A stretch of DNA of 64,000 nucleotides from Epithemia pelagica (Eukaryota; Protista; Bacillariophyta): assembly GCA_946965045.2 (NCBI GenBank), contig OX337235.1, positions 1,860,001-1,924,000 on the forward strand, written 5' to 3'. This document shows positions 48,447 to 59,658 of the stretch, piece by piece (positions within the stretch are counted from its first letter, which is position 1; every line of letters begins with the position of its first letter). The notes under the pieces were generated by a model. It had not been told where the DNA came from. It worked only from the letters and a program-made list of their open reading frames with translations, and made no database searches. A program made the position numbers and the translations under genes.

Positions 48447-48524
48447 CGCCCGTCCAACATGTTCGAAACTGTAGGCTGGCCTCTACACTAGCATAAGTAA
48501 AACACTATCCCTCAGGAATTTCCC

Positions 48525-48579
48525 GGATTTGTTCGAACCAATCCGGGGTCCTGGATTCTGGATTGGTTCGAACAAATCC
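48525..48579. repeat. Perfect 20-bp inverted repeat with a 15-nt spacer
   Basis: GGATTTGTTCGAACCAATCC (48525-48544) and GGATTGGTTCGAACAAATCC (48560-48579); each arm is itself a near-palindrome. Confidence 0.92.
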
Positions 48580-48912
48580 AGAAATGCTGTTTTACCCGGA
48601 TATATGACGTAAACGTGACGCAAAATGCTGACGTGCACGCAATCTCGATTTGGTTTTGAGAGCTAAAGGATTGGCCTCAACTCCTACTTTTGGAACAATC
48701 ACTCGAATGATCTAGCCATGAATCTATCTAATCTCTGTCTCTTCATTAGTAGTTGTTGGTGAATCCAACAACTCTTCATACAAAAGTACAAGGTTTCTTC
48801 ATTCGTCTTTCCAACCGTGTCTTGTCCACGGGCCTGATAAAGCAGTGGCAAACGAAATTACCCATTTTCTTTCCAGTATTCCTTCATTTCTGGTCATGAG
48901 TAAACATTCCAC

Positions 48913-51117
48913 CTACGCAATGTTCATGGTCTGCATGATCCAGCCCAAAAATTGGTACATGAGAACACCACTCGTGGTTCCAACCGCATACCCAACCACG
49001 CCCCAAAATGTGGCCGCATAGGTCAAGCCCTTTACCATGGCATTTCTACCCCCCAAAGAAGAAGAGTGATCCCCTCTTTGTTTTTGTCTTGGTTGAGGAA
49101 TGCGTCCACAAAAGGCGGCAGCCGTGGCGGGGCCTCCTATGGCAGCATTACTAGCCACCAAGACATCGTCCAAGGAAAGAGAGTTGTTGTTGTTGGTGTT
49201 GTGTTGCCATGAGGACTTGTGTGGTACACTGTTTCGTGATTGCCACGAAACCCAAAGCCGAGAACCAAACAAGGTCACAGCGCAATGAACCGCCAGGACC
49301 AGGAGGGACAAAATGATACATGCGGGTCCGGACTGGAACCACGACGAGACATTGGTACTCGCAGCTGCCACAGAGGCCGACGAATCACGTAGACTGCTTC
49401 CCAGGCAGGAAAATAGCAGGAGAAAGGAAATTTGTGACAAAGGACGGGCGACTTGAGGTACTCCCTCACGATACCAATGCTTTCTTCGCCAGGGGAGCGG
49501 TGTTTGGGGATGCTGGAGGCACCTTGTAAGAACAGCAATCACAGCACAAGCCAATCCAGGAACAAGGCTCGACAAATGTCCTTCCACCCACGAAGCAACT
49601 CTAACAATAAGCAATGTCGTGGAACAGGCAACCAGGGTGGCTTGTGACAAATCCATCCATCCCAGTTGTTGTTTTCGTCGTCGATTGGTTGTTTTCTGCG
49701 GTGACAGAGTTGTTACCCTTGTTGCGGTTGCCACTGCTGTTGCTTGGTAAGAGGTCGAGTACTCTTCAAGCTTCTCCTTTTGCGGGACCATGAGGTTCCT
49801 CGAAATCTGTGTTGAATCAGTGATGTTGTAGCCACTGGAAAAACTCCGTTCATGTTCTTGCTGCAGCTGCTGCGGTTGTTGTGGCAGTTTGCTTTGGGGC
49901 TGAGCAAACCAGTTTCTCATTCGACTCGATGCCACCGCGGATGACAAGGCAGCAAAGTAAATGGCCATGACCACAACATCGGCGGCAGCCACCGAGCTGA
50001 CCAAGGCCGTGGTGCTGGCTACTTGATTGGAGGAGGAGGCCAGGATGATATTGGCAGTAGAGAAAAAGTTGACCGAACCACCAATAAAAGAGGCCGTGAT
50101 ACACGAGAGGGCAATACGTGCTTGATGAGGTGGAAGGAGCGCGCAGAAACTACTACCATGCCATGGCGTCGTTGTCGATGCCAACGCACAACATAAGCCA
50201 AAAGTCAAGAGTGCACCAAGAAAGGATCCGATCGATGCCAACACAAAGGGGACCGTTAACCGTTGAATTGCCTGAGCAGTGGACCCTGGTCTGGTGGTAG
50301 GCGCCTTGCGAACCAATGCTTTTGGTGGAATGAAAGAATGGTCACTTTCGCCCATCGGCACGCCAGCGTCAACCTTGTCGTCCTCCTCTTGTGATTGTTC
50401 TCCGTCACCAAGAGAAAGCAGCAACAATGCCAGGGAGGCTGGTAAAAAACAGTTCCAACACAAGTCTCGTAGGATTGGTGAGGGTGGACAAATGAGTGCA
50501 CTCACAGCCAATGTTACCAAGATTCCCGAATCTCGCACTACACGTTGTTCCAGGATATAACCCAAGAACGCAGATCCAGTCCACGTAGATACGGCCGATG
50601 TGGTTTCCAACCAAAACAAGAGCGACGACGATGTGAGAGACATGGAACGGAGGGTGGTGGTGGTGGTACGTCCGCGTGGTCCTGTTATTGTGGTGGACAA
50701 CGGCAAGAGTCCTTTCCAGAGTTGACGGCGACTGAAAAATCGCGAAGGAAGATAATCGTTCTTGGGTTGTTGCCTGGCAGAACCTGATGATAGTGGGCTC
50801 GTTTCCCACTTTTTCCTCCACGATCGAGCAAATGGTCGCTGTTGCTTTGGAGGGTGAAGCCATGCAGCCGGGCTGGCCCTGGTGCTTCGATGTTTCGTTG
50901 ACGTGTGTGTTGGTGAGGCCAAGCAAAGCCATGTCGAGGGAGACAAGGGACATGAAATTCGCACCAGGCACCAGTAGAGAAGAACAAATGCGAACTCAAA
51001 TTTGGAGGGTAGAATACCAACAACCTTACGTCGTTTGAGTTGTCTCCCCTGCTTGCCAACAATACGGCTTGCTATCCATGGCTGGTTGGAGGCGTCCCCA
51101 ACTGCCATGGTCATCAT
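48913..51117 (-). CDS. DUF819-like multi-pass membrane protein, paralogue 2
   Basis: 734-aa ORF with FLPASLALLLL, FIGGSVNFF, AAADVVVMAIYF and VASNAAIGGPATAAAF; clearly homologous to 37103-38974. Confidence 0.8.
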   Translation of the reverse strand: MMTMAVGDASNQPWIASRIVGKQGRQLKRRKVVGILPSKFEFAFVLLYWCLVRISCPLSPSTWLCLASPTHTSTKHRSTRASPAAWLHPPKQQRPFARSWRKKWETSPLSSGSARQQPKNDYLPSRFFSRRQLWKGLLPLSTTITGPRGRTTTTTLRSMSLTSSSLLFWLETTSAVSTWTGSAFLGYILEQRVVRDSGILVTLAVSALICPPSPILRDLCWNCFLPASLALLLLSLGDGEQSQEEDDKVDAGVPMGESDHSFIPPKALVRKAPTTRPGSTAQAIQRLTVPFVLASIGSFLGALLTFGLCCALASTTTPWHGSSFCALLPPHQARIALSCITASFIGGSVNFFSTANIILASSSNQVASTTALVSSVAAADVVVMAIYFAALSSAVASSRMRNWFAQPQSKLPQQPQQLQQEHERSFSSGYNITDSTQISRNLMVPQKEKLEEYSTSYQATAVATATRVTTLSPQKTTNRRRKQQLGWMDLSQATLVACSTTLLIVRVASWVEGHLSSLVPGLACAVIAVLTRCLQHPQTPLPWRRKHWYREGVPQVARPLSQISFLLLFSCLGSSLRDSSASVAAASTNVSSWFQSGPACIILSLLVLAVHCAVTLFGSRLWVSWQSRNSVPHKSSWQHNTNNNNSLSLDDVLVASNAAIGGPATAAAFCGRIPQPRQKQRGDHSSSLGGRNAMVKGLTYAATFWGVVGYAVGTTSGVLMYQFLGWIMQTMNIA

Positions 51118-51705
51118 GAAGAAACCTTGGAAAGAGTTCCCAAAGAAATCGTGTCGCAGTGGTAATGATTGATGATGTTGTATCCAGAAGTATCCTCAAC
51201 AAACTCGACGGCGGGACACCCCACCGTTTGACCAAAACTCAAAAATGAGAACATGGATGGATGATGCATGCGCGTGATCCTCGGAAGACACCAAGTTAAA
51301 AGTGGAATAAAAATAATGAATCTTGGATGATGGATGACACCAAATAATAATGCCAAAGACAGTGGAAAGTCTCGATTCTTCTTGTTCTGGTTATGTTTTT
51401 TGTTGACACGATAGTGCGTACAACGACGAGTACTCCTACTCGTACAGTAAAAACTAGAAGATTTTTTAGCTTTTTTAGCGCCCATGAAAAACTCCACGTC
51501 ACTACGTCCGGGTCCTGTTGGCAAGCCGGTCGCTCTTCCATCCAGTTTCGGATATGTGTGCTATTACCGTATTGTAGTAGGAGCCTCTAGCTCGTTAGAG
51601 TTTTCGAGCCACAATCATAATCGTTTCTCGTATGCTCCAGCAAAGATTCGAAGATGAGAAGCGCATCAAAAGGGCAACTAATCTATCTAGTAGGAGAAGT
51701 ATTCG

Positions 51706-54700
51706 TTAAACGTAGGCCTTGTCATCGTCTCCGTACACCCGTAACATGCGGCTGAACTTGCGTGCAATGTTTGGGTTTCGCACTCGGCGTTCTTCCAATG
51801 AACGAGATCGGCTCCCATCCATTTCCCCTCGACCCACTCTTCCCCTGTTACTACCATCTTTTGCATTGTTGGTGTTGCTTCTACTGCCGTTGCGATTCCT
51901 AGACGTCAGAGCTTCTTCGTCCTCACTTTGGGCCACCGAACGTCGCGTACTCGCGGCAATGCTACCGTTGGTCACACTGGCCGATGCCTGGCCCGACTTA
52001 TCGCGACCTCGTTGGAGAAGCGCTCGAAGTCTGCGTTTGGGTTTCGTACCAGTGCCTTCTGCTCCTAAACCAGTGGTTTCTTCGGCCGAGTCTTCTACAA
52101 AGTCGGAATCTACATGAGACTGATCAATTCTCTCTTGATCATACGCACCCGTCGGTGGTTTGACATCCGTGCTCCGCGAGGGTTTCGTGGTCGTGGGTGG
52201 CAATTCCTCTCGAGTCTTTCTCGGAGCCGCAGAGGGAGCCGCAGAGGAAGAAGGAGTCTTTTCGGGGCTTCGAATCGGACTGAAGGGTTTTCTCGGAGCG
52301 GGCGATCTCTGTCTATGCGGCGACTTGCTCTTGGGTCGACGTTCGGGAGAGGCAGGGGATTGAAAGAATCGAGAAGTGGGAAGAGCAACCCATGCATCGT
52401 CAAAGTCGTTCGACATATTCATCATCTTTTCAGTGTTAACAGGAGAAAGCCGCACAGGTCTATCTCTTTGTGGCTTGGGAGACGGAGGAGCCGGTTCAAG
52501 CTCTACCGCTTCCACCCCTTCCGCACTTTGCATTGTGGTATCGAGCAACCGCGTGGGGGGATTTGCCTCCCATGGATGTTTAGGTCGAGGAGATTGTGGC
52601 ACTTGTTGTTGTTGCTCCATTGGTGTCACGATACTTCCAAGGTCCTCAGTGGCATTGGATACGTGGTCTTCCCCACCCATACCACCACCTTGCTTGTTCC
52701 GGGAGCCAGTGGAGGAATCTTTCGCGCTCAATTCATCCCATCGTTTAATCTTGGAGGCCAATTCTTCCGAATTTGACCTGCACAAATCATCCAGTCGAAG
52801 CCGTTCGCCTCCCGTCGACTTTTCGGCATAGCCGTGCGCCTGAGCTGGATGCATCCCACGACCGTTTGCTTCTTGCTGCTCTTGGTTTGTCATTCCTGGG
52901 TCCACTTGTGGCTGAGGCGCCAAAGGAGGCCTTGATGAATTGGGAGTCCGTGACAGACGCTCTAGAGCCTGCGTATCGTCTATATCATGGGCCGCTGCCT
53001 TCAAATCCGAAAGAGTATTCCGATTATTTTGCGCCGGTGGTGTTGTCTCTCCCATTTCTGGCTTTTGATCTCCACCAGACTCATCGATTTCGGCAATTGG
53101 TGCAGATTCACCCAGGGGTGAAGTGTGGACATCTTTCTTGCTGTAATTTGACTGATGACCCTGATAGGTGGGATTTGTGATGGATGAAATTGTGGTTTCC
53201 GAGTCAGACTCGTCGTCGTTGAACTGACCATTTGGCGGGATTTGTTGAAGATTCCCCAAGTATTCTTCGTCTGTGACTCGCAAAGCACGTTGTAACGTGG
53301 GGTCATCTTTAAGGGCTTCTTGTTTCAGAATCTCATCAATTTCGGCCAATGCTTGAGAAGGATCTTGTCGATTGATTGAGTGAAGCTTTCGCAACAGGAC
53401 AGAAACATTGTGCTCATTGGTAATCTTAGGTGTGGAAGCCTGACTGTGGGGAACTTCTGATTCCGAAGTCTTGGCTTTGTTTTTCATCCATGCGCTCTTG
53501 TGCGCTGGATGCAAGTGATAGGGGCTTGTTGGTGGTTGCAACGGTTTTGCTCCGAGCGGTTTTTCATCTGTACTTGTTTCACTTTTCCCTGGTGCACCTC
53601 CTCCTTGACTCCATTCTGGTGATGCTAGGGCTGCCGCTTCATAAAACTTGGACTTGAATCGGTGACCGCTGCCCGTGCTGCCGGAGAAGCTGGCCGCGTC
53701 CGATGCAGTAGTTCTTTCTGGTTGAGTCTTGGTCGCTGACTGGTTGTTGTTATTGTGAGAAAGTGGAGGTTGGGCCAGGGAATTGTACGGCTTTCGCGAT
53801 GTTCTCGGGGAGAGCGATCGGGTTTGTCGATATGCATTCTTTTGTTGTGATTGTTGGTGATTGTGATTATGAGAATATTGGGCAGACGAGGGTGATGAAG
53901 TGGTCGAAAATGCGTCCATAGACATTCGTCCACGTGGAACACTGCTTGATTCGGGATTCATTCCATGTGGAGATTGTGGGTGTGAATGTTCCGACGGGTA
54001 GTAAGGTGGCATCTGGCCACGATGATTGCTACCAATGTTCATTTCCGCTGCGGGTGAATTTTGAGGCGATCGATGACAATCCTCTCCGTGGTAGGGTAAG
54101 GTAGGAGGCACTCGGACCTGTAGATATTCCTGATCGTCCCAAAGCTTTTCCTTCAATTCCTTGACCCGTGCTGGAAGTGGCGTTTCGATTGCGCCGTCGG
54201 GATGAACCCTGCCCATCATTTCTTCCGTTTCCTTTTTCTCATCCGCATCTCCACTATCGGCCGATCGCGCTTTGGCCAACGCCTGGGTCGGTCGTGTATC
54301 CTCGTCTTGAGAGGATCTATGTACTTGTTGATGCTGCTTCTTGGCAAGCGTTTGCTGTTGTTGTTGATAGGCCGAATGCATGGCAGATTTTAGCAATTGA
54401 CTGCTCCGACCTTTGGATTGCATGCGCTGTTCAAATCGTTTGGCCAAATCACGCGTTCGATTGGCTCCAGGTGAGGAAGAATCGTCCCCAACAGGTGTCG
54501 CGGAAAGGGCGGTGTCGACTTGACGATGATGTCCAGCTCCAGAAGACGATCGTTGGAGACTGCTACTTCGACGTGTGGTCGATTCGGGTGTGGGATCCCG
54601 GGCCCGGCCCTTGTAGTCCATGTTGTTTGTCCGACTCGTGGGTTCCGCGGCATGGACAAGCTCTGTCAGAGAAGCGGGGCTTCGTACACGTCCAATGCCG

Positions 54701-56640
54701 CTGCTATTCTCCGTGCCGGTGAGACTGCTTGTTTCGGGAACCGATCCTCGATCACGACGAGGTTGTTCGTGTCGTGCACGACGAGGTTGTTCGTGTCGTG
54801 GATCGTCGTGGTCCAACTCCTCCTTTTCGCCATCCCCGTACATGGAGGCATATCGATCTTCCTCTTCCTCTTCGTGCCCATTCCTTTTCTCATTTTCTAC
54901 CTGGTAGGCTTCGGAAGGTTGTTGTCCCATGGAGGAGGTGGATTCCACAATTGTGGCTGGTGGCGGAGGTGACGCTTGTTGCAGTCGAAGTCGAGACGAG
55001 GGGGATCGAGGAGATTCCAACCATTCGTCCTCTTCATCATCATCGTCTGTCGTATTGTTGGTCGTCCCCGACAAGTGTGAGACAGAGGAGGTGGTGGAAG
55101 CTCCCGCCGCGGCAGTGACTCGATGATACCGAGACGCCGAAGGACGAGTTCGACGCGTGGCGGCCGAAGATGTGGTCCGTCCCATATCGGACAAGGTTCG
55201 CTGCAATTCGGCCGAGCTTGCAGGCGTCCGAGCTTCCAATTCAATATTTCCAGCGGCACTGCTACTGCTAGCAGCATTAGGAGTCGCTGCTCCTGGTTCC
55301 TCGTCCGACGTTCCGGTTACTTTGCGTTTGAAAATGGACGAGGTGGAGGAAGACACGGTTGCGGCGGCCGATTCGGTGGACAATTGTCGATGAAAGGGAA
55401 CACCCTTTTTGTGGTTCACAGCTGATGCAGCGGCGTTGGAAGAGGACGGGGAGGGTCCTCCTCCCGATTTGGGTGGCAAGGAGGCTGACAATTTTTGATC
55501 CAAGGGAGAGACCGGATGAAGAGGTGGATTCCCACGAGAAGCCGCAGAGGGGGAAGAAACTGCTCCACCACTACTGGTTGGCGACGCGCCCGCTGCTTTG
55601 GGAGATACGCGATATCCTCCTCGATCCATACTCATGGAGCTGCTGGTACCACTCGTGGGTGCTGCTGCTGTAGTGGGAGATCCTCCTCCTCCTCCTCCAT
55701 GTTTGGGAGATGTTGTTGTCGTATAGCTTGTGGTGCGAGGGTCAACTTGAGCAAATCGATTGACATAGGCAGCAAATCGATCTTGTTCCGTCAAAATGGG
55801 TTCCGTCAATGCTTTGTGTTGCTCCGAACTGTGTTGGCTCCGACTGTAATCCTGACGATAATACCCTCCTCCTCCCCCGGAAGCCGAGGACCGGGCCGGA
55901 CTCGTGGTTCGGCTGCCGTGAGACAGTTTGGACGAGGTGGAGAGTGGCGTTTGCAATTGGTTGCCTCGTGGCGAGGAAGAAGAGGTGGGAGTTGTCGTCG
56001 TAGTAGTGCCATGGGTTGAGGGAGACGGTAGTCGACTAGTATATTGAGCTGCGGCCGTTGCCACGGGTGACATGGGAGGAGCAGAGGCCCAACTCTGTTG
56101 ATCCATGGACTTGGGACTTGTTGCTGGCTTGCTGCTACTGCTGCCGTTGTTGTTGTTATTGAACTGCAGTGACGACGACGACGCGGTGGAAGCAATTCTG
56201 GGACGCGCTCGTTGCAACAATTTGGACGCCGGTCGTTGAGCCGCAGGAGATCTCGCATGACGATTGTTGTTGTTGTTGTTGTTGTTGTTGCTGCTGCTGT
56301 GCGTTTGGCTTGACATATTCCCCGGATGCGATCGAGGAAAGTAATTGTACGACGCTGCACTGCTGTTGCCACTCGCCGCACCACCGCCACTGGCCGATCG
56401 AGACGACCACGATGCACCTCCACCACCACCACCTCCAGTGGAACTGCTCATGCTTGTATCGTACATCATGGAAGGTGGTGGAGAGGTGGACAAGGATGGT
56501 TGGACCGAAGCTCCTCCCGCTGGTGGCGACTGTTGCTGCTGCTGTTGCTGCATCGCCATGTTCATATTGTGAAGGTTGTTGAATCGACGGCGGAGGGGCG
56601 ACGACATTGTGGCAGAAAAAGGAGGAGAAACACCAGTCAC
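51706..56640 (-). CDS. Large intrinsically disordered S/P/Q-rich hypothetical protein (1644 aa)
   Basis: Uninterrupted 4.9-kb ORF with short helical islands (ARVKELKEKLWDDQEYL; VLLRKLHSINRQDPSQALAEIDEILKQE; RNPNIARKFSRMLRVY). Confidence 0.85.
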   Translation of the reverse strand: MTGVSPPFSATMSSPLRRRFNNLHNMNMAMQQQQQQQSPPAGGASVQPSLSTSPPPSMMYDTSMSSSTGGGGGGGASWSSRSASGGGAASGNSSAASYNYFPRSHPGNMSSQTHSSSNNNNNNNNNRHARSPAAQRPASKLLQRARPRIASTASSSSLQFNNNNNGSSSSKPATSPKSMDQQSWASAPPMSPVATAAAQYTSRLPSPSTHGTTTTTTPTSSSSPRGNQLQTPLSTSSKLSHGSRTTSPARSSASGGGGGYYRQDYSRSQHSSEQHKALTEPILTEQDRFAAYVNRFAQVDPRTTSYTTTTSPKHGGGGGGSPTTAAAPTSGTSSSMSMDRGGYRVSPKAAGASPTSSGGAVSSPSAASRGNPPLHPVSPLDQKLSASLPPKSGGGPSPSSSNAAASAVNHKKGVPFHRQLSTESAAATVSSSTSSIFKRKVTGTSDEEPGAATPNAASSSSAAGNIELEARTPASSAELQRTLSDMGRTTSSAATRRTRPSASRYHRVTAAAGASTTSSVSHLSGTTNNTTDDDDEEDEWLESPRSPSSRLRLQQASPPPPATIVESTSSMGQQPSEAYQVENEKRNGHEEEEEDRYASMYGDGEKEELDHDDPRHEQPRRARHEQPRRDRGSVPETSSLTGTENSSGIGRVRSPASLTELVHAAEPTSRTNNMDYKGRARDPTPESTTRRSSSLQRSSSGAGHHRQVDTALSATPVGDDSSSPGANRTRDLAKRFEQRMQSKGRSSQLLKSAMHSAYQQQQQTLAKKQHQQVHRSSQDEDTRPTQALAKARSADSGDADEKKETEEMMGRVHPDGAIETPLPARVKELKEKLWDDQEYLQVRVPPTLPYHGEDCHRSPQNSPAAEMNIGSNHRGQMPPYYPSEHSHPQSPHGMNPESSSVPRGRMSMDAFSTTSSPSSAQYSHNHNHQQSQQKNAYRQTRSLSPRTSRKPYNSLAQPPLSHNNNNQSATKTQPERTTASDAASFSGSTGSGHRFKSKFYEAAALASPEWSQGGGAPGKSETSTDEKPLGAKPLQPPTSPYHLHPAHKSAWMKNKAKTSESEVPHSQASTPKITNEHNVSVLLRKLHSINRQDPSQALAEIDEILKQEALKDDPTLQRALRVTDEEYLGNLQQIPPNGQFNDDESDSETTISSITNPTYQGHQSNYSKKDVHTSPLGESAPIAEIDESGGDQKPEMGETTPPAQNNRNTLSDLKAAAHDIDDTQALERLSRTPNSSRPPLAPQPQVDPGMTNQEQQEANGRGMHPAQAHGYAEKSTGGERLRLDDLCRSNSEELASKIKRWDELSAKDSSTGSRNKQGGGMGGEDHVSNATEDLGSIVTPMEQQQQVPQSPRPKHPWEANPPTRLLDTTMQSAEGVEAVELEPAPPSPKPQRDRPVRLSPVNTEKMMNMSNDFDDAWVALPTSRFFQSPASPERRPKSKSPHRQRSPAPRKPFSPIRSPEKTPSSSAAPSAAPRKTREELPPTTTKPSRSTDVKPPTGAYDQERIDQSHVDSDFVEDSAEETTGLGAEGTGTKPKRRLRALLQRGRDKSGQASASVTNGSIAASTRRSVAQSEDEEALTSRNRNGSRSNTNNAKDGSNRGRVGRGEMDGSRSRSLEERRVRNPNIARKFSRMLRVYGDDDKAYV

Positions 56641-58502
56641 ATATAATTTTCACTTCAGTGCAAGTTCCCCACTCAACCTGCGGGAATCCAACAAACGGAA
56701 GGCACCTCCAGAGTCAAGGTCCAACAAAATTAGAGAACCCACTACAAAGACACACCGCCAACACTTCCAAATAGCATGTGCTTCTATCAGCCGAATTGCG
56801 TGTGCTCCACGAAAATCCAAAACAAAGATTGGAAGAGTGGAAGAGCAAGTCAAGGTCCTTTCGAATCGAGAAGCAAAACGTTGCGATGCGAAACAACAAC
56901 CAAACGTAAACACGAGAGAGAGAGGAAAGGGGACTGGAACCTGTAGATCGTGTGTTCTACAAATGCTGGCGCGGCTTTGCTTTCATCCAAACAGGAACAA
57001 ATGGCTCAATGATGTACTTGGAACCAAAAACCCAAACAAGACAAAACAAGAATGATATAACATGAGGAGATGTGGATGTAGAACACACTTTTTCCTTTTT
57101 CTCTTTCGCGGATGGGCAGAGTCCATCTTTGAGTACCGCGCCGACCAACCCAACAATTGTACTGTACCTCTGTTGGCACGACATTGTCGTCCGATAACCC
57201 TGAAAACGATTGGACACAACGGCAACGCGACACCGACACCGTGCTCATCGAGCCTGCTGGTCATTTGCTGGCTCTACTAGATACTTAAAATTCGATATAT
57301 CGCTACAAGACCTGGCAGGTGCGCTTTCAAAATTTGATAGGAAAACGGGCTATAATTACTTTGTACAGTCTGGTCGTTTCCACTAATGGGGGTACACTAC
57401 TGATGGTTTTAGAATAACTAGTCTGGGAATGGAAGACGCGCCAGGCGACATATCTTTGCGGTCCAGCGAGAAAGCGAGCGACACAAAACTGAGGGATGGA
57501 CAGGGAACAGGGATAGATGGTGGCGTTTTCAGGGAACCGTTTTACAAACCGATGAAGGAACAACAGGCAGTAGCTCGCGAACCATCGAGGGCGCACCAAA
57601 GCGTCACCATGTACCCCAAATAGCTGGAAGGGCTGAAAGTGGGCAGCTCTGTGATGCATGGCGAGCTTTGATTGGACTAAGGAAAACACACAACTGGGCT
57701 TCTGAAAATGCTCTATCAAAGAACTTCAAGGCGTCTCGTGTGCATGCCCATGTCGCAACAAGTGAAGGTAAAAGAAGATTCACGCCCTGTGGTAGCGCAG
57801 AATCGTTATTTTATTCAAGGGTTCGTTTAAGTTTTTTGTAACAAACATGACTCCTCCAAACACAATCTGTCCATTGTCATCAAAACGTCTGTGACCCTCT
57901 GAAAAGTGGATCATCCACGTAAGACTCCTCATCCCGCAGTCCCTTCTTGAAGGTGTGGAGGAGTACAGACTGGGCGTGGATTCGATCCGAGATAGCTAGG
58001 TCGAATGCAGCGTAGAAGACGAACGAAGCACGAAAACACAACCTCTCGCAAGGACTTCATATCTCCGTCTATTCATTTCTCCTCGATGCACCAGCACGCA
58101 CCAACACAGTTCCACGCCATGGAAAACAGAGGTGCGTCAGGGTCCTTCTCACGGTACTTGTGCAAACCCGCGCACCGGTTTCACCTGTGCCAAAACACGA
58201 ATGGCATACTCAAAACGCATCCATGTGGGTTCCCGATCCATACGCCTAAAACCATTCCCAGCGAACACAACAACGATCTTTCGTTCTAGGAATCATTTCA
58301 TTTCTATCGGTAACTGGTGGTTGACAACAGCTTTGGTCGATGACGAACCCATTTTTTCTCGGCACTATCCATTTCCATCATTGGTTCCTACAACAACGAC
58401 AATTACTACTACGCTCGTGGTAACTGCCCTTCCTTCCGTGAGGCTACTGTGTATTGAAATCCTTGTTTCGCTCGGTCTGAGGTTTGGCCGTGTGGACTAC
58501 AG

Positions 58503-58655
58503 TTTGTGGCGAAACCGTAGGCCTCTACGTGTGGTCCTACCTTGACGTAAGCGTTCGCTCTCAAGGGCTTGTGTGCTTCCGCTGCATCTTTTGTTGCGAA
58601 ACCGTAGGTCCCTACGTGTGTTCCTACCTTGACGTAAGCGTTCGCTCTCTCAAGG
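58503..58655. repeat. Two imperfect copies of about 64 bp at an 87-bp period
   Basis: gcgaaaccgtagg...cctaccttgacgtaagcgttcgctctc at about 58509 and about 58596. Confidence 0.85.
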
Positions 58656-58788
58656 CGAACAAACGTGCGAAGGTCCAGAAGTCCAAAACATCTGTGAGAT
58701 TCTGTTTCTCTCCCTTGTCTTCGGTTGGAAAATTGGCATTTCTGCAACCCCGTTGTTGATCATTTCTGGAATAAGAAGACGAAGGAAA

Positions 58789-59658
58789 ATGACAATGAAA
58801 CATATTTCTCTCCTCCCTTCACTTGTCGTCGCTCTTGGCGGCAGCCTTACCAGTATTGACGGGGTGGCGGCGGCTCTTGTCGAATCCCCGCATGGTCGAC
58901 CACCGTTGTTGCGTGCCCAGCACCCCGGTACCTCACTGCAAGAACAAAAACATGCTGCAGAAGAAGAAACTGTGGATGCGGTGCGAACGCGGCGAGATAT
59001 GCTCCGGTAAGTCACAATCCATTCATTCGCCATGAAGGAGCTACAATTATCTCACCCTTGTCTCCTTTCTTCGGGTATTCTTCTTGTTGCGACCAGAGCT
59101 CTGAGTGAAACCATTCCAAGCGTTGGTTCGTTCAGCTACGGAGCGGTCGAGTCTTCCGATGGCACGACGTTTTCCTTTTCTTTTGGTACTGGGGATGCGA
59201 TCGACTCGGATGCTTTTTCGTTTTCCATGCCGAATGTGGATCCGATTGAAGCCCACATTGGTTCCTTTTCCTACCCTGGAGTTTTGGTGGCAACTGGCAG
59301 TGATTGCGGTACGACGGCCGAGGGCGGTGAAACTACGACGAACGGTTCCTCTAACAACGAAAGTGAACACGGTCATCCCATCATTGACGATGAAGGAAAT
59401 GGGCAGTCTGGTACCGATATCCAAAACGACAAGGGAACAACGCCAGCCCAAGATGCCGCAGTTTCCGACGTCCAGACTTTGGACCGTGCAGGTGATGCGG
59501 ACAATTTGTCGCAGGGAACTGCTATTTTGATTGTTGTGGTGGGAATTGTTGCCGCATTGGCAGCGGCCGCTGCAATGTTGGCCTTATGGAAAATGAAACA
59601 CTCGTCTCCTACCACTGGATGGTCCTCAACGCTGTCGTTGAAGGAGGGTTGTACGTGA
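58789..59658 (+). CDS. Type I membrane protein, 2 exons (58789-59006, 59097-59658), 259 aa
   Basis: Signal peptide. 90-nt GTAAGT...CAG intron with a phase-compatible join (MLR-ALSE). Four SFS(Y/F/M) motifs, an acidic linker, one C-terminal TM and a short tail. Confidence 0.8.
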
